From Candidatus Dojkabacteria bacterium (lineage in GTDB: Bacteria > Patescibacteriota > Dojkabacteria > SC72 > T1SED10-24), in contig PWFU01000107.1 of assembly GCA_003554185.1 (NCBI GenBank), forward strand, positions 2,980-66,979: DNA of 64,000 nt, given 5' to 3'. The notes under the pieces were generated by a model, which was not told the origin of the DNA, searched no databases, and saw only the letters and a program-made list of their open reading frames with translations. Below, piece after piece: positions 1-10,117 of this stretch. Made by a program: the position numbers and the translations under genes. The first letter of the stretch is position 1. Every line of letters starts with the position of its first letter.

Positions 1-1
1 T

Positions 2-646
2 TTATCTAGAGTTTTCTTGTTTTTTGCGTATATCTTAATTTTAATATTTTTATCAGGTAGTTTTGATATATTAAATTTCTCTCTTGTAGCTTTTGTGATG
101 GCTGCCGTTTGTTTCTATCTCGCCTGTTATTTTTGTCTTGATACAAAAAGCATTTGGAGAAATCATTTGTTTCCTAAGCTTTGTGATTATGAGAATAGGA
201 TAAATCTTTTGAATCATGATATGGGGAATCTATTAACAATTTTTTCTCTTAGAAATAAAGATTGTTCTTTGAATCTTGTATTGAAAAAAATGGAGAATAC
301 TTTAGATATGTATCTTTGTTCTGATGAGGAACTAAAGTATTGCTCTTTGGGAAAGGTAATCTGTGAATGTGTGCGTGATTTGAATTATAATTTTAATGTT
401 GATGTACAACGTGATTTAAAAATTAAGTGCTGTGAAAAAAGTTTAAGAATATTCTGTTGTTGTATTTTAGCAGATTTTGTTAGGTTTGGGAGTCGCGTGA
501 TCTTGGAAGAAAAGCACTTGTCTTTTTCTTTAAAAGATAGAAAAGCTTTTGAGGATATAACGGATGTCTTGGAAGATGCTTTGCAGTGTAGAGTAAGCTT
601 TGTTGGGGACAGGGTTAGGTTTTATTGGCCCCTTCAGGATATATAG
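2..646 (+). CDS. Membrane-anchored histidine-kinase-like protein with degenerate ATPase domain (5'-truncated by window)
   Basis: Frame is open from position 2. TM helices, then an H-box-like LLNHDMGNLLT; no recognisable N/G1/G2 boxes; convergent with a response regulator. Confidence 0.5.
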   Translation, partial: LSRVFLFFAYILILIFLSGSFDILNFSLVAFVMAAVCFYLACYFCLDTKSIWRNHLFPKLCDYENRINLLNHDMGNLLTIFSLRNKDCSLNLVLKKMENTLDMYLCSDEELKYCSLGKVICECVRDLNYNFNVDVQRDLKIKCCEKSLRIFCCCILADFVRFGSRVILEEKHLSFSLKDRKAFEDITDVLEDALQCRVSFVGDRVRFYWPLQDI

Positions 647-1335
647 TAGCCTAGCCCGTATTTATTTTTTACAAATCTTTTGCCTGTTTTTCTCTGTAGT
701 TTATCTCTCAATCTTTTTATAGTAGTAGTTAATGCTGTATTATCTACTTTTTTTGCTGTTTTTGCTTCAAGAAATTTTATCAATGACTCTGTTCTTACAA
801 ATCCTTCACTGCTAAAGATGTATTCAAATGTTAAAAATTCTGTTTTGGTTAAGAAGATTTTATGATCGTCATATTGGACTTGCATAGTTCTTTTATCTAA
901 TTGTAATACTCCATTTTTACTCTCATACACATGTTTCTTTTTCTCCTCTAATAATTTTCGAATTCTTAGATTTAATTCCTTTGGAGTGAATGGTTTTGGA
1001 ATATATTCATCTACACCCTTTTCCAAACCTTCTACAATATCCTTTGCGGATTTTCTTTTACTTATAACAACGACTTTTGTATCGTGGAGGTGATATTTGT
1101 TTTGTAATTCTTTTAGCAGTTCATATCCGTTTCCATCTGGAAGAATGAGGTCTAGGCATATTAAATCGAAATGCATTTTTTCAAGAAATCTTTTGGCTAG
1201 TTTTAGTCTTCCTGTAGATTTAGTGACCCACTCGTTGTTTTCAAATAAGTCAGAAATGAGTTTTGCCACTTCTTTATCATCTTCCACGATTAAGATATTC
1301 CACTGTGTCAGTCCCCTCTCTTCATAAGGCATCAC
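634..1335 (-). CDS. OmpR/PhoB-family response regulator
   Basis: Receiver ILIVEDD...LDLILPDGNG...KPF plus winged-helix C-terminus (LTKTEF, IKRLRDKL, YGLGY). Confidence 0.93.
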   Translation of the reverse strand: MMPYEERGLTQWNILIVEDDKEVAKLISDLFENNEWVTKSTGRLKLAKRFLEKMHFDLICLDLILPDGNGYELLKELQNKYHLHDTKVVVISKRKSAKDIVEGLEKGVDEYIPKPFTPKELNLRIRKLLEEKKKHVYESKNGVLQLDKRTMQVQYDDHKIFLTKTEFLTFEYIFSSEGFVRTESLIKFLEAKTAKKVDNTALTTTIKRLRDKLQRKTGKRFVKNKYGLGYYIS

Positions 1336-1380
1336 AGAGTATTTTCGGTGGTTTATTTAGTGCATTTTACTGTGAAAAAA

Positions 1381-2676
1381 TCACAACTTTTTGACAATTT
1401 GATTTCCTGTCTTTAAGTCCTTTTGTATATATTCACCTTTCTCAAGCTCATCTGAACCTAATAAAATGACTTTGTCTACCCCTTTCTTGTTTGCTGCCCA
1501 CAGAGCTTTGTTGATGCTTTCCTTCTCTAGTCCTTGTAAAACTATGTTATCTTCATTTCTGAGCTGTTGAGCAATTCTGTCTAGATGTTTTTGACTAGAG
1601 AGATCTATGATTGGGAGATAATACGTTGTTAATTGAGGTTTTATCTTATCAGTTAAATCCCAAGTCTCGAGGAACAACCTTATGCCTTCGTCTCCGGGGG
1701 CACATCCTACTGCAGGTATATCAGGCTTACCAAAAATTTCTCCGAGTTTGTCATATCTTCCTCCTCCGAAAAGAGATCTATTATTTTCTTTGCTTGTATC
1801 GAAAATTTCGTAAACAATTCCTGTATAATAGTCGAGTCCTCGTATTAAATTTGGTTTGAATTTAACCCAATTGGTATATCTATCATCTTCTTTCAAAGTC
1901 TTTAGAACTTCTTTTATGTCTTCCAGGACTTCCAAATTATTTATATATTTATCTATATCTTCAATATCAATATCTTCGTTCATAAACTCATTAATTTTCT
2001 TTATTTTTTTACTATTCAAATCATATTTTTCTAGTTGTTTTTTAAATTCTTGTTCTTTGAGTTTGTCTTTTTTGTCAAGAATTCGCATTATTTCTGTAAT
2101 ATTCTTATTAATCCCCAAAACATCTTTCAAGAAATGTGTTATTATTCTGCGGTCGTTTATATATGTGATAAAGGGTTTTTCTTGGAGGGTATTTCGAGTA
2201 TTTAGTTGTAACATAATTTCTATCCCAATTTTTATAACCTCTATATCCGCCTGTAGAGAATTAGATCCGAAAATATCGTAGTTAAGTTGCCAGAACTCTC
2301 TATTTCTCCCTCTCTGTGGCTTTTCATTCCTAAAAAAATTGGCTATCGAGAAAAGCCTAATCGGTTTAGGTTTTTGCTCATATATTCTTGTTACCATCCT
2401 CATAACGGAAGGAGTCATTTCTGGTCTAAGAGCTAGTTCTCTATTTCCTAAATCGGTAAATGTCATCAATTCCTTTTGCCCTACATCTTCTCCAGACTTG
2501 GTTCTATATAGATCTGCTTTCTCAAGCATAGGAGTTAAGTATTCTTCATATCCAAAAGATTCGCAAACCTTTCTAAAGGTGTCAAAAATATGCTTACGAA
2601 TGGCACATTCCTTGGGAAACCAATCTGTTGTTCCTTTGGGAGGTAAATTTTCTAAGTATTTATGATTATTTTTCAT
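1381..2676 (-). CDS. hisS: Histidine--tRNA ligase
   Basis: PKGTTD, LRPEMT, RNEKPQRGRNREFWQ, RGLDYYTG, GGGRYD motifs. Confidence 0.97.
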   Translation of the reverse strand: MKNNHKYLENLPPKGTTDWFPKECAIRKHIFDTFRKVCESFGYEEYLTPMLEKADLYRTKSGEDVGQKELMTFTDLGNRELALRPEMTPSVMRMVTRIYEQKPKPIRLFSIANFFRNEKPQRGRNREFWQLNYDIFGSNSLQADIEVIKIGIEIMLQLNTRNTLQEKPFITYINDRRIITHFLKDVLGINKNITEIMRILDKKDKLKEQEFKKQLEKYDLNSKKIKKINEFMNEDIDIEDIDKYINNLEVLEDIKEVLKTLKEDDRYTNWVKFKPNLIRGLDYYTGIVYEIFDTSKENNRSLFGGGRYDKLGEIFGKPDIPAVGCAPGDEGIRLFLETWDLTDKIKPQLTTYYLPIIDLSSQKHLDRIAQQLRNEDNIVLQGLEKESINKALWAANKKGVDKVILLGSDELEKGEYIQKDLKTGNQIVKKL

Positions 2677-2704
2677 CTCAATATTCTATCACTGTTAGGA
2701 TAAA

Positions 2705-2733
2705 TTGACAATTTGTGGATAATATTCTATCGT
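2705..2733 (+). promoter_or_regulatory. Sigma70-type promoter for dgkA with a DnaA-box-like 9-mer in the spacer
   Basis: TTGACA (2705-2710)-N17-TATCGT (2728-2733), 6 nt before ATG 2740; TGTGGATAA at 2714-2722. Confidence 0.55.
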
Positions 2734-2739
2734 ATCAGT

Positions 2740-3135
2740 ATGGAAAAACCTGAAAACGTATTTACAAAGCATATTAGAAGTCATAAGTACGCTTGGCGTG
2801 GTTTGTATGAGATAGTTACTACAGAGCAAAACTTTCAGATTCTGTTGTTCTTTTCGGTATTGGCGGTTATCGCAGGGCTTTTTTTTAGCATAAATTCGAT
2901 AGAGTGGTTAGTTTTGGGCTTTACGATAACTCTGCTATTAGTTAGTGAGGCTTTTAATAAAAGTATAGAGACTGTTTGTGATGCTATTTGTGTTGAATAC
3001 AGAGACTATATTAGATATGCCAAGGATATATCATCTGGAGCTGTTTTGCTTGCGACTTTTCTTTCTATAGCTGTTGTCTTAATAATATTTGTTCCATATG
3101 TTCTTGAATTTGTTCAAACTTTAAATGTTATTTAA
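2740..3135 (+). CDS. dgkA: Diacylglycerol/undecaprenol kinase (DgkA family)
   Basis: S.KYAWRG...EQNF, EAFNKSIE, AKDISSGAV; three TM helices. ATG 2740 preferred over TTG 2713. Confidence 0.9.
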   Translation: MEKPENVFTKHIRSHKYAWRGLYEIVTTEQNFQILLFFSVLAVIAGLFFSINSIEWLVLGFTITLLLVSEAFNKSIETVCDAICVEYRDYIRYAKDISSGAVLLATFLSIAVVLIIFVPYVLEFVQTLNVI

Positions 3136-3140
3136 CTTAC

Positions 3141-3884
3141 ATGGAATCTTTTAAGTGGGATCGTATAAAGAGTGTTCAAGCTACTGTACAAGAAGCCTTT
3201 GGTGAGGATGATCCTATACTGCTTGAATTTGATATAGTTCCTTTTGATTATAAGGTGAAGGATTTATCTTCTTGTCAGATGTTTATCTCTATGAATAAAT
3301 TAGCTACTGTGATTGATGATTTAATAGAAGTCTATGATTTACACAGTTTACAATTTTCATATATTGGGAAAGAACCACAATTTATGCTTTGGGAACAGTT
3401 ATTAGAAAGGAATATTAACTTGTTTCAAGAAAATTTCCCTTTGAATAAGTCTGGTTTAGTAGACGATGATTTCTTTAGGTTTGTTATGCACGAACCGAAT
3501 ACTCCTCAAAAACAGTTTACGTTAAGAAGAGGGAATGCTTGTGCTAAAGCATTTCAGACTTGGGCTATGGTTGAAACTATAAAAAAATTGCGAAATGATG
3601 ATGAAGATATAGATTTGCACAATATGATATATGGTAATTTCTCTACATTCGATCCTCAGTTCTTTGTATTTGGTTTCCTCGTATTTATAGTTTATGTTTT
3701 GTTGTTAGTAACTTTAGGAGGTATTTTACCGCAGATGGTGGTTTATTTTTTACATGCTGTTTTCAGCCTTTTTTGTTTGATTTTTATTGGGTGGATGGTT
3801 TGGACTATGCATTTAAATACTAAGCGTTATGCTCAGATTTATGAAAGGTATAAGAGAGGAGAAAATGATAGGGACTCGACTTAA
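3141..3884 (+). CDS. Hypothetical membrane protein (two C-terminal TM helices)
   Basis: 247-aa ORF 5 nt after dgkA; no recognised motif. Confidence 0.7.
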   Translation: MESFKWDRIKSVQATVQEAFGEDDPILLEFDIVPFDYKVKDLSSCQMFISMNKLATVIDDLIEVYDLHSLQFSYIGKEPQFMLWEQLLERNINLFQENFPLNKSGLVDDDFFRFVMHEPNTPQKQFTLRRGNACAKAFQTWAMVETIKKLRNDDEDIDLHNMIYGNFSTFDPQFFVFGFLVFIVYVLLLVTLGGILPQMVVYFLHAVFSLFCLIFIGWMVWTMHLNTKRYAQIYERYKRGENDRDST

Positions 3885-3910
3885 TTTGTGATGATGTATA
3901 TAATGCAATT

Positions 3911-6670
3911 ATGAAATATTCTGTGAATATAAAATCGTCAAAAAACAAAAAAAAGAAAACAAGTGCAGGTCGCAGGAAGTCACCTAGCAGGAAGGGTGAT
4001 TTGAGCTCTAAGGCTATAAATCCTTCTAAACTAAGAGGTAAACAACCTAGATTGGGTGCTAAAAAAAAGAAAAAGGCCTCTTATTTAGGCATTACTAAGA
4101 ATCGTAAGAATTTACCTTTGAAACAACGTCTTGGGAAATTTTTTGTCATCCTCTTGGGGGGATTTTTCTTTTTGTTGATTGCTTCATTAATAGGAGGAGG
4201 ACTATATTTAAGATCAATAGAGGCTTCTCTTCCAGATCCTGATGGGTTGGTAGAAAGGGACTCTGCTCAAACAACAGTAATTCAAGATCGTGATGGGAAT
4301 GAACTTTATCAAATTTACGGTGAACAAAACAGAGAATTTGTAGAGTTGGATGAATTACCCGACCATTTTATTTGGGCGGTTTTAGCGGCTGAAGATATTG
4401 ATTTCTATGAACACAAGGGTTTAGATTTGTTAGCTATAGGTAGGGCTGCTTATGCAAATCTTGTTAGAGGAGAGATAGTTCGTGGAGCTAGTACTATTAC
4501 ACAGCAGCTTGTTAGAAACACATTGCTTTATGATTTTATGGGTGACGAAGCTTATGAAGAAACATATTCTCGGAAAATCCAGGAAGTGCTAATTACTATG
4601 CAGGTGGAACAAACTCTATCTAAAGAAGAGATTTTGCAAATGTATGTGAATGAAGTACCTTTTGGAGGCGTTAATTACGGTATTCAGGCAGCTTCTCGAG
4701 CATATTTTGCCAAAGATGCTCAAGATCTTACGCTTGCAGAGAGTGCTATGTTGGCAGGTGTAATAGCTAGTCCTTCAAATTTCTCCCCTATTTTTGGAAC
4801 GGATCCTGAGTTAGCTGAAAGGAGGCAAAATGTTGTTTTGAACTTAATGGAAAGAAACAAGGATATGACTGGAGTGACTTCCGAAGAGATAGAAGAAGCC
4901 AAGGAAGAAGAATTAGAGTATGCTGCCAAAAGGGTTGATATAGATGCACCGCACTTCGTTTTTTATGTTAAAGAAGAATTGGAGGAAGAGTTTGGTATCG
5001 AGCGAGTTGAGAGAGGTGGATTAAGGGTTAGAACATCTCTAGATTATTCTATTCAAGAGATTGCAGAAGAAGAAATAAGGCAAGGGATTGAACAGCATGG
5101 ACATCAATATAATGTGCAAAATGGTGCTATGTTAGTTCTTGATCCTCATACTAATGAAATCCTTGCGATGGTAGGATCTATTGATTATTGGGAGCAAGAA
5201 GATCCTAAAATTGACGGCAATACAAATGTAATAACTAGTCTTAGGCAAATGGGTTCTTCTGTAAAACCATATACATACTTGCGGGCTTTTGAAGATGGTT
5301 ATGGTCCTTGGTTACAGGCTCCGGATATTCGGGGTTTGGATTTTGGAGATTATGAATTGAGAAATTGGGACCACAATTATCATGGCCATATGACAGCTAG
5401 AGAAGCGTTGTTGAAGTCTAGGAATATTCCTGCTGTATATACAACTCAGTTAATAGGTTTGGACGGATTTATAGAAACTGCTGAAAAATTGGGTATAACA
5501 AGTTTAGTACATAGAGATGCTTATGGTTTAAGTTTGGGCCTAGGTGCAGCAGAAATGAAGATGCTTGAGCATACTGCTGCTTTTTCTGTGTTTGCGAATG
5601 AGGGTGTTAAAAAGCCAGTAGTATCAATATTGGAAGTGAAAGACCCAAGAGGTGAAGTGCTCTATGAAAATGAAGATACAGGTGGAGATAGAGTTGTGGA
5701 TGAGAAATATGCTTATGGGATTAATTGGATTCTTTGTGATAAAGGAAATTTTGGAGATCAACCTTTGGATCATCATTACCACATAGCTGGTGAGAGAGTT
5801 TGTGGTAAAACAGGTACAACGGATGGACCGAGAGACTTAACAACCATAATGTACCACAGGAATCTCGTGGTTGGTGTTTGGGCTGGAAATAATAATAATG
5901 TAGAAGTTCCTGGTGCTTGGAGTACTACCGTCCCGCTGCCTATTGCTAGTTCTTTTATGGAGAGAGTGGCTACTGAATATCGACCTGAAGGTTTTAGTAG
6001 ACCTGGAGGAGTTAATTCCGTAAGAGTTTGTAATGATACGGGCTGGATGGCTGATGAAGATACCGAGTGTAATCGTGTAGAATCTATATATATGGATGGT
6101 AATAGTCCTCCAGACGATGAAAGGGAAGTAATCCAGGTATGTGGAGATAGTGGTTTGATACCTACTAATAAGGAACTTGCTGAGCATTTTGATCTGTTAG
6201 AAGAAAAGATACTATTTAAGGACTATGAAATGGAAAACCCTCTTCAAGAAGATAATTACAAAGATTACTTGAGAGATTTGGATGATAGAGAAATTATATT
6301 TTCAGAACCTGATGAGGGTGAATGTGAACTACCCGAGGGTGCAACTGATTCCCCTATTATTGATATTACTTCCCCTGTTCAAGGTGATGTATATATGCCC
6401 GGCGATACTCTAGATTTTGAGGTTGATGTTGAACCTGGCTTTAGAATAGAAGATATTGAGGTGTTTTTTAATGGTGAAATTATAAAAGAGGAAACATATG
6501 ATGAAGATGATGAGGGTGATATTTCTTTAAACTTTTCTTATACTTTGCCTGATGATTTAGAAGATGGAGATTATTCTATTCGGGTTGCTGCTTTTGATAT
6601 GAATGAGGAAAAATCAAGTGAACAGATTACTGTCTATATTAGGGAAGAAGATGACGAAGAGGATGATTAA
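3911..6670 (+). CDS. Class A penicillin-binding protein (transglycosylase/transpeptidase) with C-terminal Ig-like domain
   Basis: EDIDFYEHKG, GASTITQQL, RKIQE (GT51); SSVK, SRN, KTG (transpeptidase); basic N-tail, TM, acidic C-terminal beta domain. Confidence 0.95.
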   Translation: MKYSVNIKSSKNKKKKTSAGRRKSPSRKGDLSSKAINPSKLRGKQPRLGAKKKKKASYLGITKNRKNLPLKQRLGKFFVILLGGFFFLLIASLIGGGLYLRSIEASLPDPDGLVERDSAQTTVIQDRDGNELYQIYGEQNREFVELDELPDHFIWAVLAAEDIDFYEHKGLDLLAIGRAAYANLVRGEIVRGASTITQQLVRNTLLYDFMGDEAYEETYSRKIQEVLITMQVEQTLSKEEILQMYVNEVPFGGVNYGIQAASRAYFAKDAQDLTLAESAMLAGVIASPSNFSPIFGTDPELAERRQNVVLNLMERNKDMTGVTSEEIEEAKEEELEYAAKRVDIDAPHFVFYVKEELEEEFGIERVERGGLRVRTSLDYSIQEIAEEEIRQGIEQHGHQYNVQNGAMLVLDPHTNEILAMVGSIDYWEQEDPKIDGNTNVITSLRQMGSSVKPYTYLRAFEDGYGPWLQAPDIRGLDFGDYELRNWDHNYHGHMTAREALLKSRNIPAVYTTQLIGLDGFIETAEKLGITSLVHRDAYGLSLGLGAAEMKMLEHTAAFSVFANEGVKKPVVSILEVKDPRGEVLYENEDTGGDRVVDEKYAYGINWILCDKGNFGDQPLDHHYHIAGERVCGKTGTTDGPRDLTTIMYHRNLVVGVWAGNNNNVEVPGAWSTTVPLPIASSFMERVATEYRPEGFSRPGGVNSVRVCNDTGWMADEDTECNRVESIYMDGNSPPDDEREVIQVCGDSGLIPTNKELAEHFDLLEEKILFKDYEMENPLQEDNYKDYLRDLDDREIIFSEPDEGECELPEGATDSPIIDITSPVQGDVYMPGDTLDFEVDVEPGFRIEDIEVFFNGEIIKEETYDEDDEGDISLNFSYTLPDDLEDGDYSIRVAAFDMNEEKSSEQITVYIREEDDEEDD

Positions 6671-6676
6671 ATATAA

Positions 6677-8197
6677 TTATTCTGTTTTATATTCCAACCA
6701 TTGTTGCAATACTAGACCTGAATTTTGTAAATCTTTTGCTTTTTCTTTCCCAAGATATCTATAATGCCATCCTTCATGTATATAACCTGTTATATGTTCA
6801 GCTCTCTCAGGATAACTTTTAACAAAACCATATTCCCAAGCGTTCTCCTCTAACCATTTAGCAGCTCTAGTAGTATTGAAAGATTGAAATTCTGCCGCTT
6901 TTTTGGTCCCAAAATCTATCGCGGTGCCTAATTGATGTTCACTATGGCCTGGTTTAGCAGAGACCCTCTTTGCCAAACTTATATTTCCATCGTTTTTGGA
7001 TATTGCATTTTGGTAAGACCTTTCTTGTGTTTCATAGCATCGATATCCTGAAACTATTTTTAAATTGATTCCATCCTTTTTTGCAGCTGTCCCCAAATGT
7101 TTAAGGTCTCGTATAAGGATGTTTCGAAGACGAATATTATCCTTCGTTTGTAATCCAGATTTGCTTGCTTCTACTAGATCTTGAGGTTCATATTTTTTAG
7201 GTAATTGTCTTTCTTTATTTACCAATGTTAGATGTTCTTTGTCTTCGATATTGGCAATTTGTATATTATCAGGATATATCCACCAGAAATTCGGTGCTGG
7301 TTTTGTGGTAAAATTAATCTTTTTTTTATCTTCTAAAAAACTCTTATTATCCCCTACAACTTCTTTAATTGTAGCAGTGTATTCATGCGAGTGTTTTAAT
7401 TTAAATTTGGGTTGAATATGTACAATGTCTTTTTCAAAATCTATATCCAGATCGCTTCTTTCTACACCATTCTGTTTTAGAGTAATTCCACCGATTTCTT
7501 GAACATCTCCACTAAACACTATTTCAAGTTTTGGCTTGTAAGTATCTTTGTTAAAAACTTTACTGTCTACTACTTCCAATTCTGGATAAGTTTTTATATT
7601 AAATTCTTTTAACACCTCTTCCTGCTGTAAGCTATTCCTTTTTGTAATTTGCATTTTTTGTTCTTTACCTTGTTCTAAATTTAACTCCTCTATTGCACAG
7701 GAGATTTTCCTCCCTTTAGAATTACATTGAACTCTTCCATCGTTTTTATTTAGTATGTGATACTGTACACTTGATATATCTTTTTCCAATTTGAAGTCAG
7801 CAGATCCTTTTGCTCCTATCGTCTTACTCTGTTTTTGAATATTTGGATATTTATCTCCTACAAAGGAGAGTGTTTTAGACAAAGGTTTGAAATTAAAAGG
7901 CTTTAGTGTGATTTCGTATTTCTTGTTCTCTTCTAGAAATTCATTTGTTCTGAAACAAAATTCTTTACTATAAATATCTTCGGAATAAAACTTGTGGTTG
8001 AAATCAAAATTTCCGCTTATAGCGTAACTTTGTGGTAAAATAAAAATTCCATCTATGCATTTTATGTCTCCATAAAGAAGCTTTTCATTATATTGTCCTA
8101 CGTTTAGGTATACAGTGGATATTGCGAATAATAAAAGTGATAGTAATATGCAAACAGATAGAAGTATTTTAAGTTTTTTTGTTTTAATAGGAGACAT
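6677..8197 (-). CDS. M15B (VanY-like) D,D-carboxypeptidase with N-terminal anchor and Ig-like domain
   Basis: LVNK, SGYR, SAKPGHSEHQLGTAID, EGWHYRYLG. Confidence 0.9.
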   Translation of the reverse strand: MSPIKTKKLKILLSVCILLSLLLFAISTVYLNVGQYNEKLLYGDIKCIDGIFILPQSYAISGNFDFNHKFYSEDIYSKEFCFRTNEFLEENKKYEITLKPFNFKPLSKTLSFVGDKYPNIQKQSKTIGAKGSADFKLEKDISSVQYHILNKNDGRVQCNSKGRKISCAIEELNLEQGKEQKMQITKRNSLQQEEVLKEFNIKTYPELEVVDSKVFNKDTYKPKLEIVFSGDVQEIGGITLKQNGVERSDLDIDFEKDIVHIQPKFKLKHSHEYTATIKEVVGDNKSFLEDKKKINFTTKPAPNFWWIYPDNIQIANIEDKEHLTLVNKERQLPKKYEPQDLVEASKSGLQTKDNIRLRNILIRDLKHLGTAAKKDGINLKIVSGYRCYETQERSYQNAISKNDGNISLAKRVSAKPGHSEHQLGTAIDFGTKKAAEFQSFNTTRAAKWLEENAWEYGFVKSYPERAEHITGYIHEGWHYRYLGKEKAKDLQNSGLVLQQWLEYKTE

Positions 8198-8200
8198 ACC

Positions 8201-10009
8201 CTACTCCTTTTTCAAAGTTCCTTTTGTTTCTTTGAAGACTCTTTTTTCTACAAGATCACGAATGGATTGAATGTCTTTTTCCTTTAGGGTTTTTTCTTTG
8301 TGTTGGATATTTATTTGAATAGTTATTTGCTTTTTTTCTTCTTCTTTTTGATAAATATCTACTGGTTTTATTTTGTAATTTAACTTTCTTTCCAGTAATG
8401 CTTTTTCTATGGTTTGCTCTACTACTTTGTAGTGCACTTCTTTATTTAAAACAAAACACATGTCTTGTTGAATTTTAGGGTATTTTGAAAAGTTAATGAT
8501 ATCGGTATTTAGAGCTATTATTTTTTGTAAATTATCGAGATCTATTTCAAACATACCAACAGGTTGTTTTAGTTTGAGATTTTCTTGTACTTCTAAATTA
8601 GGCTCTCCTATAATTCCAAGATAAATATCCTGATTGTCTAGTTGGGATGTGATTATAGCGGTGCGGTTAATATCAAACATATCTTGGATTATTGAGATAT
8701 TATTTGGAATAATCTCGTTGTTTATTTTTTCAATTGGTTTATATTCAACAGGAGCAGTCTTTAACTCCTCAAGTAATTTATCTAAGTAGTATTTGGCTTG
8801 GTAGTATGGACATGGTATATCCTCTGTGAATACGAGGGCTAATTTTCTAAACTCTTTTGGTAACCTATTTTTTTCTTGTTTATCTAAATCCAGTTTATTA
8901 TGTACTCTGTTGATTTCAAAAATTGAAAATTTATAATATCCATTGTTAATGTTTGGATTTACTTTTTCTAATAAAGAAGGTAAAAGTGTTGTTCTTAAAA
9001 ATTCAAGTTCAGGAGATAATGGGTTTGTTAATCGGTAGTTGTGTTCTATATTTAAATCACAATTTCTGTATAGTTCGTATCCTACAAAGTTATAGGTGAG
9101 TACCTCATTGCCGCCGATTGCTTTTAAAGTATTTCTGGTTTGTGTGGCTGTTTCAACACCTGGATTTGTTTTTTTGTAAGAGACATTTCTTTTTGGTAAT
9201 TTGAATTCTATATTCTTGTACCCATAGAGCCTTGTTACTTCTTCGTGTATGTCTTCTGGTATCTTTATATCTTGCCTATAAGTAGGTATTTCTAATGTTA
9301 CTAAATCTTTTCCTTTTGTCTCTATTTCAGGTATTTCTACGTTTGAGAGTATCTCAAGAATTTGTTTTTTAGATAAGTCTAAATTTGTATGTTTATTCAA
9401 TTTGTCGATGGAAAAAGTAACCTTGTGAGGCTCAGGTAATTTAGTATTCTCATCTTGTATTTTACTCGCGATTTTGCCACCTGCTAGTTCTTGTATCATT
9501 GCTACAGCTTTGTATAGTGATGGCTCGCATATGTTTGGGTCTTGTCCTTTGGAAAATCTTGTCACTGCCTCTGTAAAAAAACCAAGCTCCATTGAATTTT
9601 TTCTGATGTTGTATAAATCGAAATTGGCACTTTCCAATATTAAATTCTTTGTATTGTTGTCTACCTCTGTATCTAGCCCTCCCATCATTCCTCCTACTGC
9701 TATTGGATTCTGACTGTCACATATCACTACTGTTTGGTCATTTAATTCTACATTTTTGCCATCTAATGTGGTTATTTTTTCCGATTGTTGTGCCGTGCGA
9801 ACAGTAATCAAAGCTTTGTTTTTAGCGTGAATATCTCTGGAGACTAACTTATCATAATCAAATGCATGAAGTGGTTGTCCTGTTATTACCATTATGTAGT
9901 TGGTTATATCTACAATATTGTTGACCGACTTTATATCTAAAGATGCTAGAAAAGCTTTTAACCATAGAGGTGATTCTTTAACATCAACGTCCTTTATTGA
10001 CAATGCCAT
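8201..10009 (-). CDS. pheT: Phenylalanine--tRNA ligase beta subunit, C-terminal part (downstream of in-frame TAA)
   Basis: NNIVDITNY, GQPLHAFD, ILESANF, PTYRQDI..PEDIHEEV, anticodon-binding FSKYP domain; same frame as 10118..10711. Confidence 0.93.
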   Translation of the reverse strand: MALSIKDVDVKESPLWLKAFLASLDIKSVNNIVDITNYIMVITGQPLHAFDYDKLVSRDIHAKNKALITVRTAQQSEKITTLDGKNVELNDQTVVICDSQNPIAVGGMMGGLDTEVDNNTKNLILESANFDLYNIRKNSMELGFFTEAVTRFSKGQDPNICEPSLYKAVAMIQELAGGKIASKIQDENTKLPEPHKVTFSIDKLNKHTNLDLSKKQILEILSNVEIPEIETKGKDLVTLEIPTYRQDIKIPEDIHEEVTRLYGYKNIEFKLPKRNVSYKKTNPGVETATQTRNTLKAIGGNEVLTYNFVGYELYRNCDLNIEHNYRLTNPLSPELEFLRTTLLPSLLEKVNPNINNGYYKFSIFEINRVHNKLDLDKQEKNRLPKEFRKLALVFTEDIPCPYYQAKYYLDKLLEELKTAPVEYKPIEKINNEIIPNNISIIQDMFDINRTAIITSQLDNQDIYLGIIGEPNLEVQENLKLKQPVGMFEIDLDNLQKIIALNTDIINFSKYPKIQQDMCFVLNKEVHYKVVEQTIEKALLERKLNYKIKPVDIYQKEEEKKQITIQINIQHKEKTLKEKDIQSIRDLVEKRVFKETKGTLKKE

Positions 10010-10117
10010 ATATCTGGGACAAAGTCTTTCTAATTTGTTATTTACTTGTACGGGTAAATCTTCTGTTTGGGGCTCTTTTGGTTTGATGCTCTCAGCATCT
10101 TTGAACCATTGAGGAGT

